Shown here: one piece after another, positions 7,601 to 17,991 of the stretch | Layout of the letters: every line of letters begins with the position of its first letter | How positions within the stretch are numbered: position 1 is the first letter of the stretch | Source of the DNA: Verrucomicrobiia bacterium | GTDB lineage: Bacteria; Verrucomicrobiota; Verrucomicrobiia; Palsa-1439 | NCBI GenBank assembly: GCA_025056465.1 | Contig: JANWVU010000002.1 | Location: forward strand, 293-43,403 | Direction: 5' to 3' | Length of the DNA stretch: 43,111 nt | Program-made: the position numbers and the translations under genes | The notes under the pieces: model-generated | The model's input: only the letters and a program-made list of their open reading frames with translations | Told to the model about the DNA's origin: nothing | The model's database searches: none

Positions 7601-9697
7601 GAAGTGGCCATTGTGATGAAACTCAGGTCCTTTGCTGCCAACCAAGGCTCCAGCGAGCGTATAATTAGGAATTACCGATTCGCCGATCCCGCCGACGTAA
7701 ACCGTTCCGTGGGCAACTAGGGGTGATGCCCAGCCGGGCTCCGCAAAGCGTCCGTTGCCGTGCGCATAAAAGAGGACCGTCTCCCCCCAAAATGCAAGCC
7801 CACGCTGGATCGTGGTCGCCTCCCGCATAAACGGCAACTCGACCGGCAACGCTGCACTGAGGTACGCGTCTGGCCGGTCGGGGTAGATCAAATCAAAGGC
7901 GGGGTACCAGAACTGATTCCAAAAATGCGCGCTGGGTGGCACATGTGCCATCGCACTGTCGGTCTGTTGAGCGAATTGCGGTGAGTAGGTGATTAGCTCG
8001 GGAACATCTTGGCCTTCGCGTTCCATGAGCTGGCGTACGGAAAATAGGTGTCGACTGATGAGCGGTCCGTTGATGCGATGCACAACACCCGGCCCGAGAT
8101 GGAAACTCACCGTTTCCGTGTTCTTCGCGAATGGCACCAGGCGCGGGCGCAGGACCACGATTTCACGGTAGCGTGCGAACAGATCATGAATCGCTAACTG
8201 TTGCTGCCGGTATCGCTCACGGCGCGCATGGTGCTCCGCCAACTCGGCAAACCGTTCCCGAAGCCGGTCGCGAAGCTGGCGTTCCTTGACCGTGTCCAAC
8301 CGCACCTGCATCAACCGCTCCAAGGAATAACCGGCGGCCGAGAAACTGTCGTCATACCGGCGTTTGGCCGCCAGATACACCTGATAGAGCGGATGGTGTA
8401 CATCGCGCAGTCCCTCCGCCACAACCGGGATGCGCGCCTGAAGCACCTGCTCGTTGTCCACCATCACGAGGGTGTTGAGGACGTGGCGTAATTGTTCATC
8501 AAAAAACCTTCGCATCGGTCCGGTCACGCTCTGCATGGCTTGGACCGTTGCGGACCGGTCGTCTAAAAAACCCGGTTGCTCGATCAGTCCACGCAGTTCG
8601 TTGACCCACCGAGCACGTTCCTGCTCTGCGACCCGCCGACGCTCAATTTCCGCGCGCGTGTTTTCGCGGCCCAACCGAGGTCCCATCGCTGCCAACAATT
8701 GCGAGTCTGCCTCGCAGGCCATGACGTCGGTGCCGGTCGCAATGAAAATGACATCGCGCAGCAGCGACGTCCGGTAGGCTTGCAGCCCTTTCAGTGCTTG
8801 CAACATCTGCACGAGCCCGTGCGCCTGAATTACGCCTGGTGCGCGATCCGGCAGGATCGAATAGGCATCGTAACCGGCCCGAATCACAAGCGCTTCAGCC
8901 GCTGGCTTTGGGCTTCTCATCACGCCAACAAGCACCGTGTTGGCAATGGGACGGATCGCGGTCTGAACATGCAGCGTGACGGATTCGCCGAGATGCCGGT
9001 AGATATCGGACGTGGCCATGAGCCGCACGAAGTTGATCGGCTCATGCGACAGCATGTTTTGGTTGATCTGATGCCACTGCTCGATTTTGAGTTGTTCCCA
9101 ACCGCCGCGCGGTGCCACGATCACGGCACGCACGCCGAGTTGCGCGTATGATGTCCAGCGCAGACCATAAATCGGCGGAGGCGCCAACGGGTCTAAGACC
9201 GCTATGCAGTCGTCAAACCGCTGTCGCGTCGCCAGCTCCTCGGGCGTCATCAAGACCAACCGCCCGGTTAGCCCGTTGGTTGGCGTGACCATGGGTTGGA
9301 CGTGATTGGGGAAAAACGGGTAAATCTCCACATCACCCAAAGGCCGTCCGCTGACATCAAGAATTTCGCGGCGCAACGTGACCGGCGCCGGAGTTTCTAG
9401 GTTCAATTCATAAGTCTCTAAGCCCGCTTGCTCAAATGCGCGTCGCACGTACTCCGCCGCGCGGACGTATCCCGGTTGCCCGATGAACCGGGAGCCGAAC
9501 GAGAGCACCACGTTCAATGCCGATTCGACCTCGCGCACGGACAGCGCGGCGCGCATCGCGTGGCGGTCGTAGTCGGTGGCCAGGTCCGTATCTGGTGGTC
9601 GCGGTTTGGGCGCGTAACACCGCACAAACGCCCCCATCGCCAGCACCGTTAGCGTCAAGGCCACGGCGGCTGTCACGATATTGAACACTCGATTCAA
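4670..9697 (-). CDS. Giant (1675 aa) double-FtsX ABC permease fusion. Order: N-terminal TM anchor, degenerate M28/PA peptidase-like ectodomain, helical charged region, unknown ectodomain, TM cluster, MacB-like periplasmic domain, canonical FtsX module, and an unknown cytoplasmic domain of about 175 aa
   Basis: Single uninterrupted ORF with a TTG start at 9697; GTG alternatives lie 3 and 7 codons in. aa 5-25 are hydrophobic (VFNIVTAAVALTLTVLAMGAF). aa ~55-340 are M28/PA-like (LTGRLVLM...DDCIAVLDP...LGVRAVIV; ALVIRAGYDAYS; VIFIATGTDVMA). aa 950-1040 hold three hydrophobic helices. aa 1086-1106 are a TM (LTCATLVLITFAMLCFSSL). aa 1386-1500 are FtsX (VYERRDEIFVYNAVGIAPRYVFFMFMAEALVYSVVG...). Confidence 0.85.
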   Translation of the reverse strand: MNRVFNIVTAAVALTLTVLAMGAFVRCYAPKPRPPDTDLATDYDRHAMRAALSVREVESALNVVLSFGSRFIGQPGYVRAAEYVRRAFEQAGLETYELNLETPAPVTLRREILDVSGRPLGDVEIYPFFPNHVQPMVTPTNGLTGRLVLMTPEELATRQRFDDCIAVLDPLAPPPIYGLRWTSYAQLGVRAVIVAPRGGWEQLKIEQWHQINQNMLSHEPINFVRLMATSDIYRHLGESVTLHVQTAIRPIANTVLVGVMRSPKPAAEALVIRAGYDAYSILPDRAPGVIQAHGLVQMLQALKGLQAYRTSLLRDVIFIATGTDVMACEADSQLLAAMGPRLGRENTRAEIERRRVAEQERARWVNELRGLIEQPGFLDDRSATVQAMQSVTGPMRRFFDEQLRHVLNTLVMVDNEQVLQARIPVVAEGLRDVHHPLYQVYLAAKRRYDDSFSAAGYSLERLMQVRLDTVKERQLRDRLRERFAELAEHHARRERYRQQQLAIHDLFARYREIVVLRPRLVPFAKNTETVSFHLGPGVVHRINGPLISRHLFSVRQLMEREGQDVPELITYSPQFAQQTDSAMAHVPPSAHFWNQFWYPAFDLIYPDRPDAYLSAALPVELPFMREATTIQRGLAFWGETVLFYAHGNGRFAEPGWASPLVAHGTVYVGGIGESVIPNYTLAGALVGSKGPEFHHNGHFRRLFLVTDAYGNYELLSAPSGFFAGWGHQFFAAAYGADGVIAHVNDEGATAQSLYRTAGISLYGGVTKPIHFILFRAAPVTVLDVANPQTMKQYSGLDFDRADTLTPFGSFNLCRTDGPVTIFLPPDQRFIVRLKAGAPDNELVQTTRAVMMNTHPDEPAAGLATVNARGYLVAHHPLLQPEALETARSMLSLNSPRLEALQRYRMADRRTTEFHENARTLWQRAEQPERPLADVLEDARGSATYSILNYPIIRGAIYDAIVGIIWYLFLLVPFVFFFERLVFGFADIRLQLTANAIIFVVVFTLLAVLHPAFAMIRSSLMILLGFIILLISLGVIALVSGRFRENLEALRRKRAQVEAAEVNTIGVIGTAFALGLNNMHRRKVRTGLTCATLVLITFAMLCFSSLHSDVVDMVTPTGPAPYNGLLVKPPQFRPVSSDEKFALDRRYGRKYNVVARQMYVGMQTWERETFNPALTMQHTTSEGETRKVSFKSLILLNALEPLGARLPLLTKTGWLPKVSELTDTPVLISAPMARQLGITVARVEQQPQPVTINGRPFVVWGIFEPADLASLTDLDGRNLLPFDVTAMTELRPTAPGRFWEIIADENAPLIDPALVAITRDDLVGFHVPYGFLRMVSVAVDMGSAPYAEVREEINRYLEQTGRAVYYGLGGIAYLGRRSREITAEGMLDLLIPLFIAAITVLNTMRGSVYERRDEIFVYNAVGIAPRYVFFMFMAEALVYSVVGTVVGYLLAQGTGSVLTALDWTGGVQLNFTSRMTVYVSATIIGATLLSTYFPARAALRIAAPSEDVGWKLPAPEGDRLSFALPFTFSHRDRIAILAFFHRYFLDHGEGSAGRFYAGPPQLGLAEQPDPLQPECPIPEIRCTIWLKPFDLGVSQELVIHMQTDLETREYIAMIRLERLSGTREAWMRLNHGFVAQIRRHFLHWRAVDAGQRAELFEEAKQLLDAQLGVPAHATDR

Positions 9698-9809
9698 GTT
9701 TTCCCGATGAATCCTTGTTGGCGTGTGCCCGCGGTCGCGCCCCTCCTCGTGGCGTGCGACGTTTCCGCTCGCGCCACCGCCTCGCTTTTTGCTGCGCCGT
9801 CAGGTTGGT

Positions 9810-9885
9810 TGGTGAGCCGGGAGGGGCTCGAACCCTCGACCCACGGCTTAAAAGGCCGTTGCTCTTCCTACTGAGCTACCGGCTC
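9810..9885 (-). tRNA. tRNA-Lys (anticodon UUU), 76 nt with encoded CCA
   Basis: The reverse complement reads GAGCCGGTAGCTCAGTAGGAAGAGCAACGGCCTTTTAAGCCGTGGGTCGAGGGTTCGAGCCCCTCCCGGCTCACCA. It folds by hand into a cloverleaf: acceptor GAGCCGG/CCGGCTC, D stem GCTC/GAGC, anticodon stem ACGGC/GCCGT with loop CTTTTAA, and T stem GAGGG/CCCTC with a TTCGAGC loop. Confidence 0.93.
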
Positions 9886-10049
9886 GACGTTGCGCAGTAC
9901 ATTTGCAGCACAATCCGCGGTTTGACAACCCCAATTCAACGAGCCAACGCATGCTTGCACACTGGCCCGTGGCCGGGCGCAGCCTCCTGGGTCGCATCGG
10001 CCTGACTTTCCTTGAAAAATGTTGGTCGGCTCATACCATCGGGCGCACC

Positions 10050-10916
10050 GTGAAATCGTTCTCGTTGTCCGAATACCTTGCGCGGGTCACTCGGCAAGTG
10101 GACGCAGCACTCGACCGGTATTTGCCCTCGGAAGAAACCCCACCGGCAACTATTCACAAATCCATGCGTTACTCGGTGTTTGCCGGTGGCAAACGACTCC
10201 GACCGGCCTTGTGTCTCGCCGCCTGCGAAGCGGTCGGCGGACGCGTGCGCGACGCGATCCCCTTGGCCTGCGCCGTCGAATGTATCCATACCTACTCGCT
10301 CATTCACGACGATTTGCCGTGCATGGACGACGATGATTTCCGACGTGGCAAACCGACGAACCACAAAGTTTTCGGCGAAGCCATCGCGGTGCTGGCGGGT
10401 GATGCCTTACTGACTTTGGCGTTTGAACTGGCCGCGCGGGATGCGCGCTACGTCCGTGAGTTGGCTGTGGCGGCCGGTAGCCGTGGGTTGATTGCCGGCC
10501 AGGTGCAAGATTTGCAGAACGAAAATCGCGCGGTCACACTTGAGGAAGTCAAAGCCACCCACTTGAACAAAACTGCCGCGCTCATCACCGCCAGCGTTCG
10601 CCTGGGCGCGTTGGCCGGCAACGCGACGGCCGCGCAATTACGGCGATTGACCCGATACGGGCGCGACATCGGTTTGGCTTTCCAGGTCGTGGACGACATT
10701 CTCGATGTGACCAGCACCAAGGAGGTCATGGGCAAAAGCGTTGGGGCCGATGCGAAACATCACAAAAGCACCTACCCCAAGTTGCTCGGAGTTGAGGGCA
10801 GCCGGCAATATGCGCAGAGCTTGATCACCGATGCGCACAAACAACTGGAACCGTTCGGCGCCCGCGCAACCCCACTTCGGGCGATTGCCGATTTTATCCT
10901 GAACCGCACCCACTAA
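10050..10916 (+). CDS. Polyprenyl diphosphate synthase (FPP/GGPP synthase, IspA-like), 288 aa
   Basis: ORF 9903..10916, trimmed to the GTG at 10050 so that the distance to GGKRLRP matches IspA-type proteins. First aspartate-rich motif is LIHDDLPCMDDDDFRRGKPT. Second is FQVVDDILD. Confidence 0.9.
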   Translation: MKSFSLSEYLARVTRQVDAALDRYLPSEETPPATIHKSMRYSVFAGGKRLRPALCLAACEAVGGRVRDAIPLACAVECIHTYSLIHDDLPCMDDDDFRRGKPTNHKVFGEAIAVLAGDALLTLAFELAARDARYVRELAVAAGSRGLIAGQVQDLQNENRAVTLEEVKATHLNKTAALITASVRLGALAGNATAAQLRRLTRYGRDIGLAFQVVDDILDVTSTKEVMGKSVGADAKHHKSTYPKLLGVEGSRQYAQSLITDAHKQLEPFGARATPLRAIADFILNRTH

Positions 10917-10920
10917 TCCC

Positions 10921-12036
10921 ATGAGCATTCGCGACACGGTTATCTCTGCGTTTCAAAAGGAATTTGGCTCACGTCCGCACGTTCTGGTGCGCGCTCCCGG
11001 TCGGGTCAACTTGATTGGCGAACACACCGACTACAACGAAGGGTTTGTGCTGCCCATGGCGATTGACCGCACGACTTGGATTGCGTTGCGTCCGCGCACC
11101 GACGAGCAAGTCCGGTTGCACTCGCTGGCGCATGGCGAAACGATGACTTTCTCACTGAGCGCGCTCACCAAGAACCACCGGCATTGGGCCGAATATGCCA
11201 AAGGGGTCGCGTGGGCGTTGCAACAGGCCGGTCACCGTCTATGCGGATGGGAGGGCGTGGTCGGCAGTGACGTGCCGATTGGCGCAGGACTCGCATCGTC
11301 GGCCTCATTCGAGCTGGCCGTGGCGCGGGCTTTCGCCGCCGTTTCGCAACTCCCATGGGACCCGGTGGGCATGGCGCGGTTGTGTCAGCGCGCCGAGAAC
11401 CAGTGGGTGGGCGTCAATTGCGGTATCATGGATCAGACAATTGCCGCCGCCGGGAAAGCAGGTCATGCGTTGCTGATTGATTGCCGGTCGCTCGACTTGC
11501 AGCCGGTACCCTTGCCTACCGGCTGCAAGGTCGTGGTCATGGATACCGCGACCCGGCATGGTTTGGTCAACTCGGAGTACAACCAACGGCGCGCGGAGTG
11601 CGAGGCGGTAGCCCGTCAGTTTGGCGTCCGCGCGTTGCGTGACCTGACCCCGCAACAGTTGCCTGCCAACGTGAGCCGGCGGGCGCGACATGTGGTGACT
11701 GAAATTGATCGGACACTCCGCGCCGCGCAAACACGCGACCCGGTGGAGTTCGGCCGACTGATGAACGCCAGCCATGACAGTCTGCGAGATGATTTTGAGG
11801 TGACGAATAAGGAGCTAAACATCATGGTCGAGTGCGCTCGCGCAATACGGGGTTGCTATGGTGCGCGGATGACGGGTGCGGGATTTGGTGGTTGCGCGGT
11901 GGCGCTGGTGGCGGCATCCGCTGCCGATGAATTTGTGCACCGAGTAGCCGAGACGTATGCGGCCCGGAGCGGGCTGACGCCGAAGATCTACATTTGCACC
12001 CCAAGCGACGGCGCGAGCGTCGAACCGCTCCGGTGA
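10921..12036 (+). CDS. galK: Galactokinase
   Basis: Galactokinase signature GRVNLIGEHTDYNEGFVLPMAI and GHMP kinase motif PIGAGLASSASFE. The 371-aa length is typical. Confidence 0.93.
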   Translation: MSIRDTVISAFQKEFGSRPHVLVRAPGRVNLIGEHTDYNEGFVLPMAIDRTTWIALRPRTDEQVRLHSLAHGETMTFSLSALTKNHRHWAEYAKGVAWALQQAGHRLCGWEGVVGSDVPIGAGLASSASFELAVARAFAAVSQLPWDPVGMARLCQRAENQWVGVNCGIMDQTIAAAGKAGHALLIDCRSLDLQPVPLPTGCKVVVMDTATRHGLVNSEYNQRRAECEAVARQFGVRALRDLTPQQLPANVSRRARHVVTEIDRTLRAAQTRDPVEFGRLMNASHDSLRDDFEVTNKELNIMVECARAIRGCYGARMTGAGFGGCAVALVAASAADEFVHRVAETYAARSGLTPKIYICTPSDGASVEPLR

Positions 12037-12068
12037 GATGTTGGTTTCGCCGGCGGTGCCGCAAGTTG

Positions 12069-12947
12069 TTAGCCGGCAAATTCGAAGGCCTCGATGCCGG
12101 TCACGCCGGGGCGTGTGGCGAACAGCGCGCCTTCGTGGGGATTTTGGCGGATGGCGAGCGGACTGAGACCGGCACGCGCCGTGGTGATGTAAAGCACATC
12201 AAGAGTGGCTCCGCCAAAGGCCACCGAGGTGACATTGGTGGCGGGCACCGGCAGCTTGGCAAGCAACGCTCCGGTCTGCGGGTTCCAGCGCGTCACGCAT
12301 CCGCCGCCATAGTGGGCAATCCACAGCATGCCCTCCGCGTCAATTGTGCAGCCGTCCGGCCATCCGAGCTCGGGCGGCACCACAATGGCGTCGCGGCGAT
12401 TGGAAATGTTGGCGGTGGCAAAATCGTAGTCGAACGCGTCCACGACGCGTCGCGGCGTGTCAATGAAGTACATCGTGCGCGCGTCGAGGCTCCACGCGAT
12501 ACCGTTGGAGACGGTGACCGGGCTGAGCATTTTTTTGACGGTGCGATCAGGAAACAAGCAATACAAACTGCCGGTGGGTTCCGACCCGCTCATCGGCATC
12601 GTACCGGCCCAAAATCGTCCTGCCGGGTCGCACTTGCCGTCGTTGAACCGATTGGCAGGCTTATCTGGCTCGGGGTCCGCGTAGAACGCCAACATCTCCG
12701 TGTTGAGGTCGAGGTGAGCGAAACCGTGTTTGGCGGCCACCATCACCCCACCGGCTTTGCGAGGCACGACGGTGCCAACCGGTTCAGCCAGTTGAATGGT
12801 GCGGTTGCGCCGAGTTTTGGGGTTAAAGACGTGCACCTGTTGTTTGAGGATGTCCACCCAGTACAACACCTGCCGCTGTGCGTGCCAGATGGCTCCTTCA
12901 CCCAATTCGGCGTGAGCGTCCAAAACCACTTCCACGTCGGTAGCCAC
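12069..12947 (-). CDS. SMP-30/gluconolactonase/LRE-family protein (regucalcin-like lactonase)
   Basis: ELGEGAIWHAQRQVLYWVDI, NRFNDGKCDPAGRFWAGTM, SNGIAWS, PDGCTIDAEGMLWIA, TSVAFGGATLDVLYITTA. This is the typical six-blade propeller lactonase pattern. Confidence 0.9.
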   Translation of the reverse strand: MATDVEVVLDAHAELGEGAIWHAQRQVLYWVDILKQQVHVFNPKTRRNRTIQLAEPVGTVVPRKAGGVMVAAKHGFAHLDLNTEMLAFYADPEPDKPANRFNDGKCDPAGRFWAGTMPMSGSEPTGSLYCLFPDRTVKKMLSPVTVSNGIAWSLDARTMYFIDTPRRVVDAFDYDFATANISNRRDAIVVPPELGWPDGCTIDAEGMLWIAHYGGGCVTRWNPQTGALLAKLPVPATNVTSVAFGGATLDVLYITTARAGLSPLAIRQNPHEGALFATRPGVTGIEAFEFAG

Positions 12948-13002
12948 GGAATAGTAGGTATGCGAACCGCGAGCCTAATTCGAGGCGAAATTTCTTTGCC
13001 TC

Positions 13003-14277
13003 CTACTTCAAGAACAGCTCCACCACCGGCACCGTGACGGTCGGGCGCACAGCCGGCAACGTCAATGTTAGCGTGCGCTCCGAGCCGCCAAGCTGGGAGG
13101 CATGCCATGCATCCATTCCCATTTTGACCTCGCTGGCGTCATGCAACAGTTGCGCGTAGGCTACGCGGTCGGCAAACGCGCCGTCCAAATGCAGATGTTT
13201 GTACGGCCACGCGAAGATGTGCACATAGATGCGGTTGGTTTGGGGATTGTAAGTCAGCCGGCAATCTTGCGGACAAGGAAACTCGGGCGGGGCCTGCGTG
13301 CAGCCATAGATGGCGCGGTTGTGCCGTTTCATCCACTCACCGATACCGGCCAACCGAGACAAGGCGCGTTCATCGAACTCGCCACGCCCGGTCGGGCCGA
13401 CGTTCAGCAGGAGGTTCCCGCCTTTGCTGACGCAATCAATCAGTGTCCGCACCAACTCGTCCACGCTGCGCCATGTCATTTCATCGCGGTGATAACCCCA
13501 CGAGCCGCTAAATGTCTGGCAGGCTTCCCACACCACCGGTTTGCCGTCCACCACCGGCCAAGAGCGCGGTTGGACTTGCTCGGGCGTCTTGACGTCCCAC
13601 GCGCCGGGCACGTCCATGAGGTCGAGCCGGTCGTCGAGGATGATGTGCGGTTGGAGCTTACGGACGAGTTTGAGCAACTTCAGGCTCTGCCAATCGTCTC
13701 GACCCTTGCCATCCTCGCCCGGGTAACTGAAATCGAACCAGAGGATATCAATCTTGCCGAACTGGGTCAGCAACTCACGCGTCTGGCCGTAGAGATACGC
13801 CGCGTACTTGCGCTGGTCTCGTCCCCGGTTGAGCTTGGCGCGGTCAGGATGATCGCGCAATGGATGGAGCTTGTCGATGATGAAGTGGGGATGATGCCAG
13901 TCCAGCAATGAATAATAGAACCCCACGCGCAAGCCCCGCCGTCGAAAAGCTTCGACCATTGGCTTGAGTAAATCCCGTTTGGCCGGCGTGTTGGTGGCCT
14001 TGTAGTCAGTTAGCTTGCTGTCCCACAAACAAAAACCCTCGTGGTGTTTGGTGGTCACCACGAAGTACTTCATACCGGCGTTTGCCGCCGCCGCGGCCCA
14101 CTCGTCCGGGTTGTACAAATCTGGGTCAAATCGCTCGAAGTAACGCTGATACTCTTCATCCGTCATTCGCTCGTAGTTTTTGACCCACTCGTGACGAGCG
14201 GGCAACGCATAGAGACCCCAGTGAATAAAGAGACCGAAACGGTCATGGACAAACCACGAAGTGTCACCTTTTTGCAT
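13003..14277 (-). CDS. Alpha-L-fucosidase (GH29), 424 aa; start ambiguous (14277 or 14367)
   Basis: WFVHDRFGLFIHWGLYALPARHEW...NAGMKYFVVTTKHHEGFCLWDS...RDLLKPMVEAFRRRGLRVGFYYSLLDW. The ATG at 14277 (MQKGDTSWF) is preferred. The 30-aa upstream extension is Cys-rich and not signal-peptide-like. Confidence 0.88.
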   Translation of the reverse strand: MQKGDTSWFVHDRFGLFIHWGLYALPARHEWVKNYERMTDEEYQRYFERFDPDLYNPDEWAAAAANAGMKYFVVTTKHHEGFCLWDSKLTDYKATNTPAKRDLLKPMVEAFRRRGLRVGFYYSLLDWHHPHFIIDKLHPLRDHPDRAKLNRGRDQRKYAAYLYGQTRELLTQFGKIDILWFDFSYPGEDGKGRDDWQSLKLLKLVRKLQPHIILDDRLDLMDVPGAWDVKTPEQVQPRSWPVVDGKPVVWEACQTFSGSWGYHRDEMTWRSVDELVRTLIDCVSKGGNLLLNVGPTGRGEFDERALSRLAGIGEWMKRHNRAIYGCTQAPPEFPCPQDCRLTYNPQTNRIYVHIFAWPYKHLHLDGAFADRVAYAQLLHDASEVKMGMDAWHASQLGGSERTLTLTLPAVRPTVTVPVVELFLK

Positions 14278-14414
14278 GCGCGCGCGTATAGCACAGCAGA
14301 CGGGGCAAGCAATCGAAAAGCAGACAGAGAAAATGGGAGCGTGGCGGGAAAACCACCACGCTCCCACGGGACCGTCAAGCGGTTGGCGCTGGACCCTTCT
14401 TGCTTACCAGAGCT

Positions 14415-17128
<2,714 letters not shown>

Positions 17129-17279
17129 GCGGACGCGACGCTATCGCCGATGATACATTTTTGCAACGAGAAAATCCCCGGTGCTGTAACTTTTCGCCCG
17201 CCCCCGCATCTATGCCGATGAGCGCTTGCTGCCAGTCATCGAAAATCATAACGTTGGTTCAGCGAAAGGAGGCTATGTC
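17129..17279. promoter_or_regulatory. Divergent control region between the fur-family/katG pair and the ferritin-like/RND operon
   Basis: 151-bp intergenic spacer between divergent start codons. It has two AT-rich patches in otherwise GC-rich DNA: 17149-17176 (gatgatacatttttgcaacgagaaaatc) and 17235-17255 (gtcatcgaaaatcataacgtt). A strong SD, AAGGAGG, lies at 17266-17272, 7 nt before the ATG at 17280. No perfect Fur/PerR box palindrome was found by eye. Confidence 0.4.
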
Positions 17280-17744
17280 ATGAAACAAAAAACGATCGTG
17301 AATTTGCTCCAGAAAGCCTACGCCGCGGAATTGGAAACGGTGGCCAACTACCTCGCCAACTCCGTCTGGCTCGACGGATTGCGCGCCGAGGAAATCAAGG
17401 AGTCGCTCGCCGCCGACGTCACGGAAGAACTGGGTCATGCGCAAAAGCTGGCCCACCGGCTCAAGGTCTTGGGTGTGGCCCCGAAAGGCTCTCTCGACTT
17501 GGAACGCACCCAGAAATCCTTGCAACCCCCGGCCGACTCCACGGACATCATGTCGGTTGTCAAGGGGGTGATTGACGCGGAAAAGGACGCGATTTCGACG
17601 TACAAAACGATCATCAAAGAGTGCGAGGGTACCGATTACGTCACCCAAGACCTAGCCATCAGTCTGCTGGCTGATGAGGAACAGCACCTGTGTTTGTTCG
17701 AAGGGTTTTTGCGGAGCCTCGAGAAACATGGTCCGAGAGCCTGA
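17280..17744 (+). CDS. Ferritin-like di-iron protein (bacterioferritin/Dps-type four-helix bundle), 154 aa
   Basis: ORF 17226..17744, trimmed to the ATG at 17280 behind AAGGAGG. Candidate di-iron ligands are spaced as in ferritin-like proteins: AAELETVANY, TEELGHAQKL (ExxH), DAEKDAISTY, ADEEQHLCLF (ExxH). Confidence 0.8.
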   Translation: MKQKTIVNLLQKAYAAELETVANYLANSVWLDGLRAEEIKESLAADVTEELGHAQKLAHRLKVLGVAPKGSLDLERTQKSLQPPADSTDIMSVVKGVIDAEKDAISTYKTIIKECEGTDYVTQDLAISLLADEEQHLCLFEGFLRSLEKHGPRA

Positions 17745-17787
17745 CCGTTTACGAGAACCACCCGAATCCAGCGAAAGGAGGTAGCCG

Positions 17788-17991
17788 ATGAGTTTGGAGC
17801 GCATCATCCGTGCGATTGCCGGCTCATTCATCTTGATCAGTTTGGCCTTGGCACACTTCGTCAGCCCGTACTGGCTGTGGTTCACCGTATTTGTGGGAGC
17901 CAACTTGCTGCAATCTGCTTTCACGAACTGGTGCCTCATGGAAATCATTTTGAGAAAGGCCGGTGTGGGTGGCGCATGCGCAAGCCGGTAG
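17788..17991 (+). CDS. DUF2892 (YgaP-like) small inner-membrane protein, 67 aa
   Basis: RIIRAIAGSFILISLALAHF...WLWFTVFVGANLLQSAFTNWCLMEIIL gives two hydrophobic helices and the conserved Cys-containing C-terminal motif. SD AAGGAGG lies at 17775-17781. Confidence 0.72.
   Translation: MSLERIIRAIAGSFILISLALAHFVSPYWLWFTVFVGANLLQSAFTNWCLMEIILRKAGVGGACASR

Noticed and set aside
9698-9885. tRNA-Lys immediately upstream of the novel operon as a genomic-island integration site
   Set aside because: There is no integrase, and I noticed no direct repeat of the tRNA 3' end elsewhere in the window. By eye there is no compositional break. The idea cannot be excluded without the sequence left of position 1.
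10012-10039. Sigma-70-like promoter (ttgaaa, 16 nt, taccat) 10 nt upstream of the polyprenyl synthase GTG
   Set aside because: It matches the consensus only partially. The promoter consensus of this organism is unknown, and it would imply a nearly leaderless mRNA. This is too weak to list as a feature.
11994-13037. 347-aa plus-strand ORF, longer than the annotated minus-strand gene it overlaps
   Set aside because: The minus-strand product carries unmistakable SMP-30/gluconolactonase motifs. The plus-strand translation is Gly/Arg/His-rich with no recognisable features. This is typical of stop-codon-poor antisense frames in GC-rich DNA.
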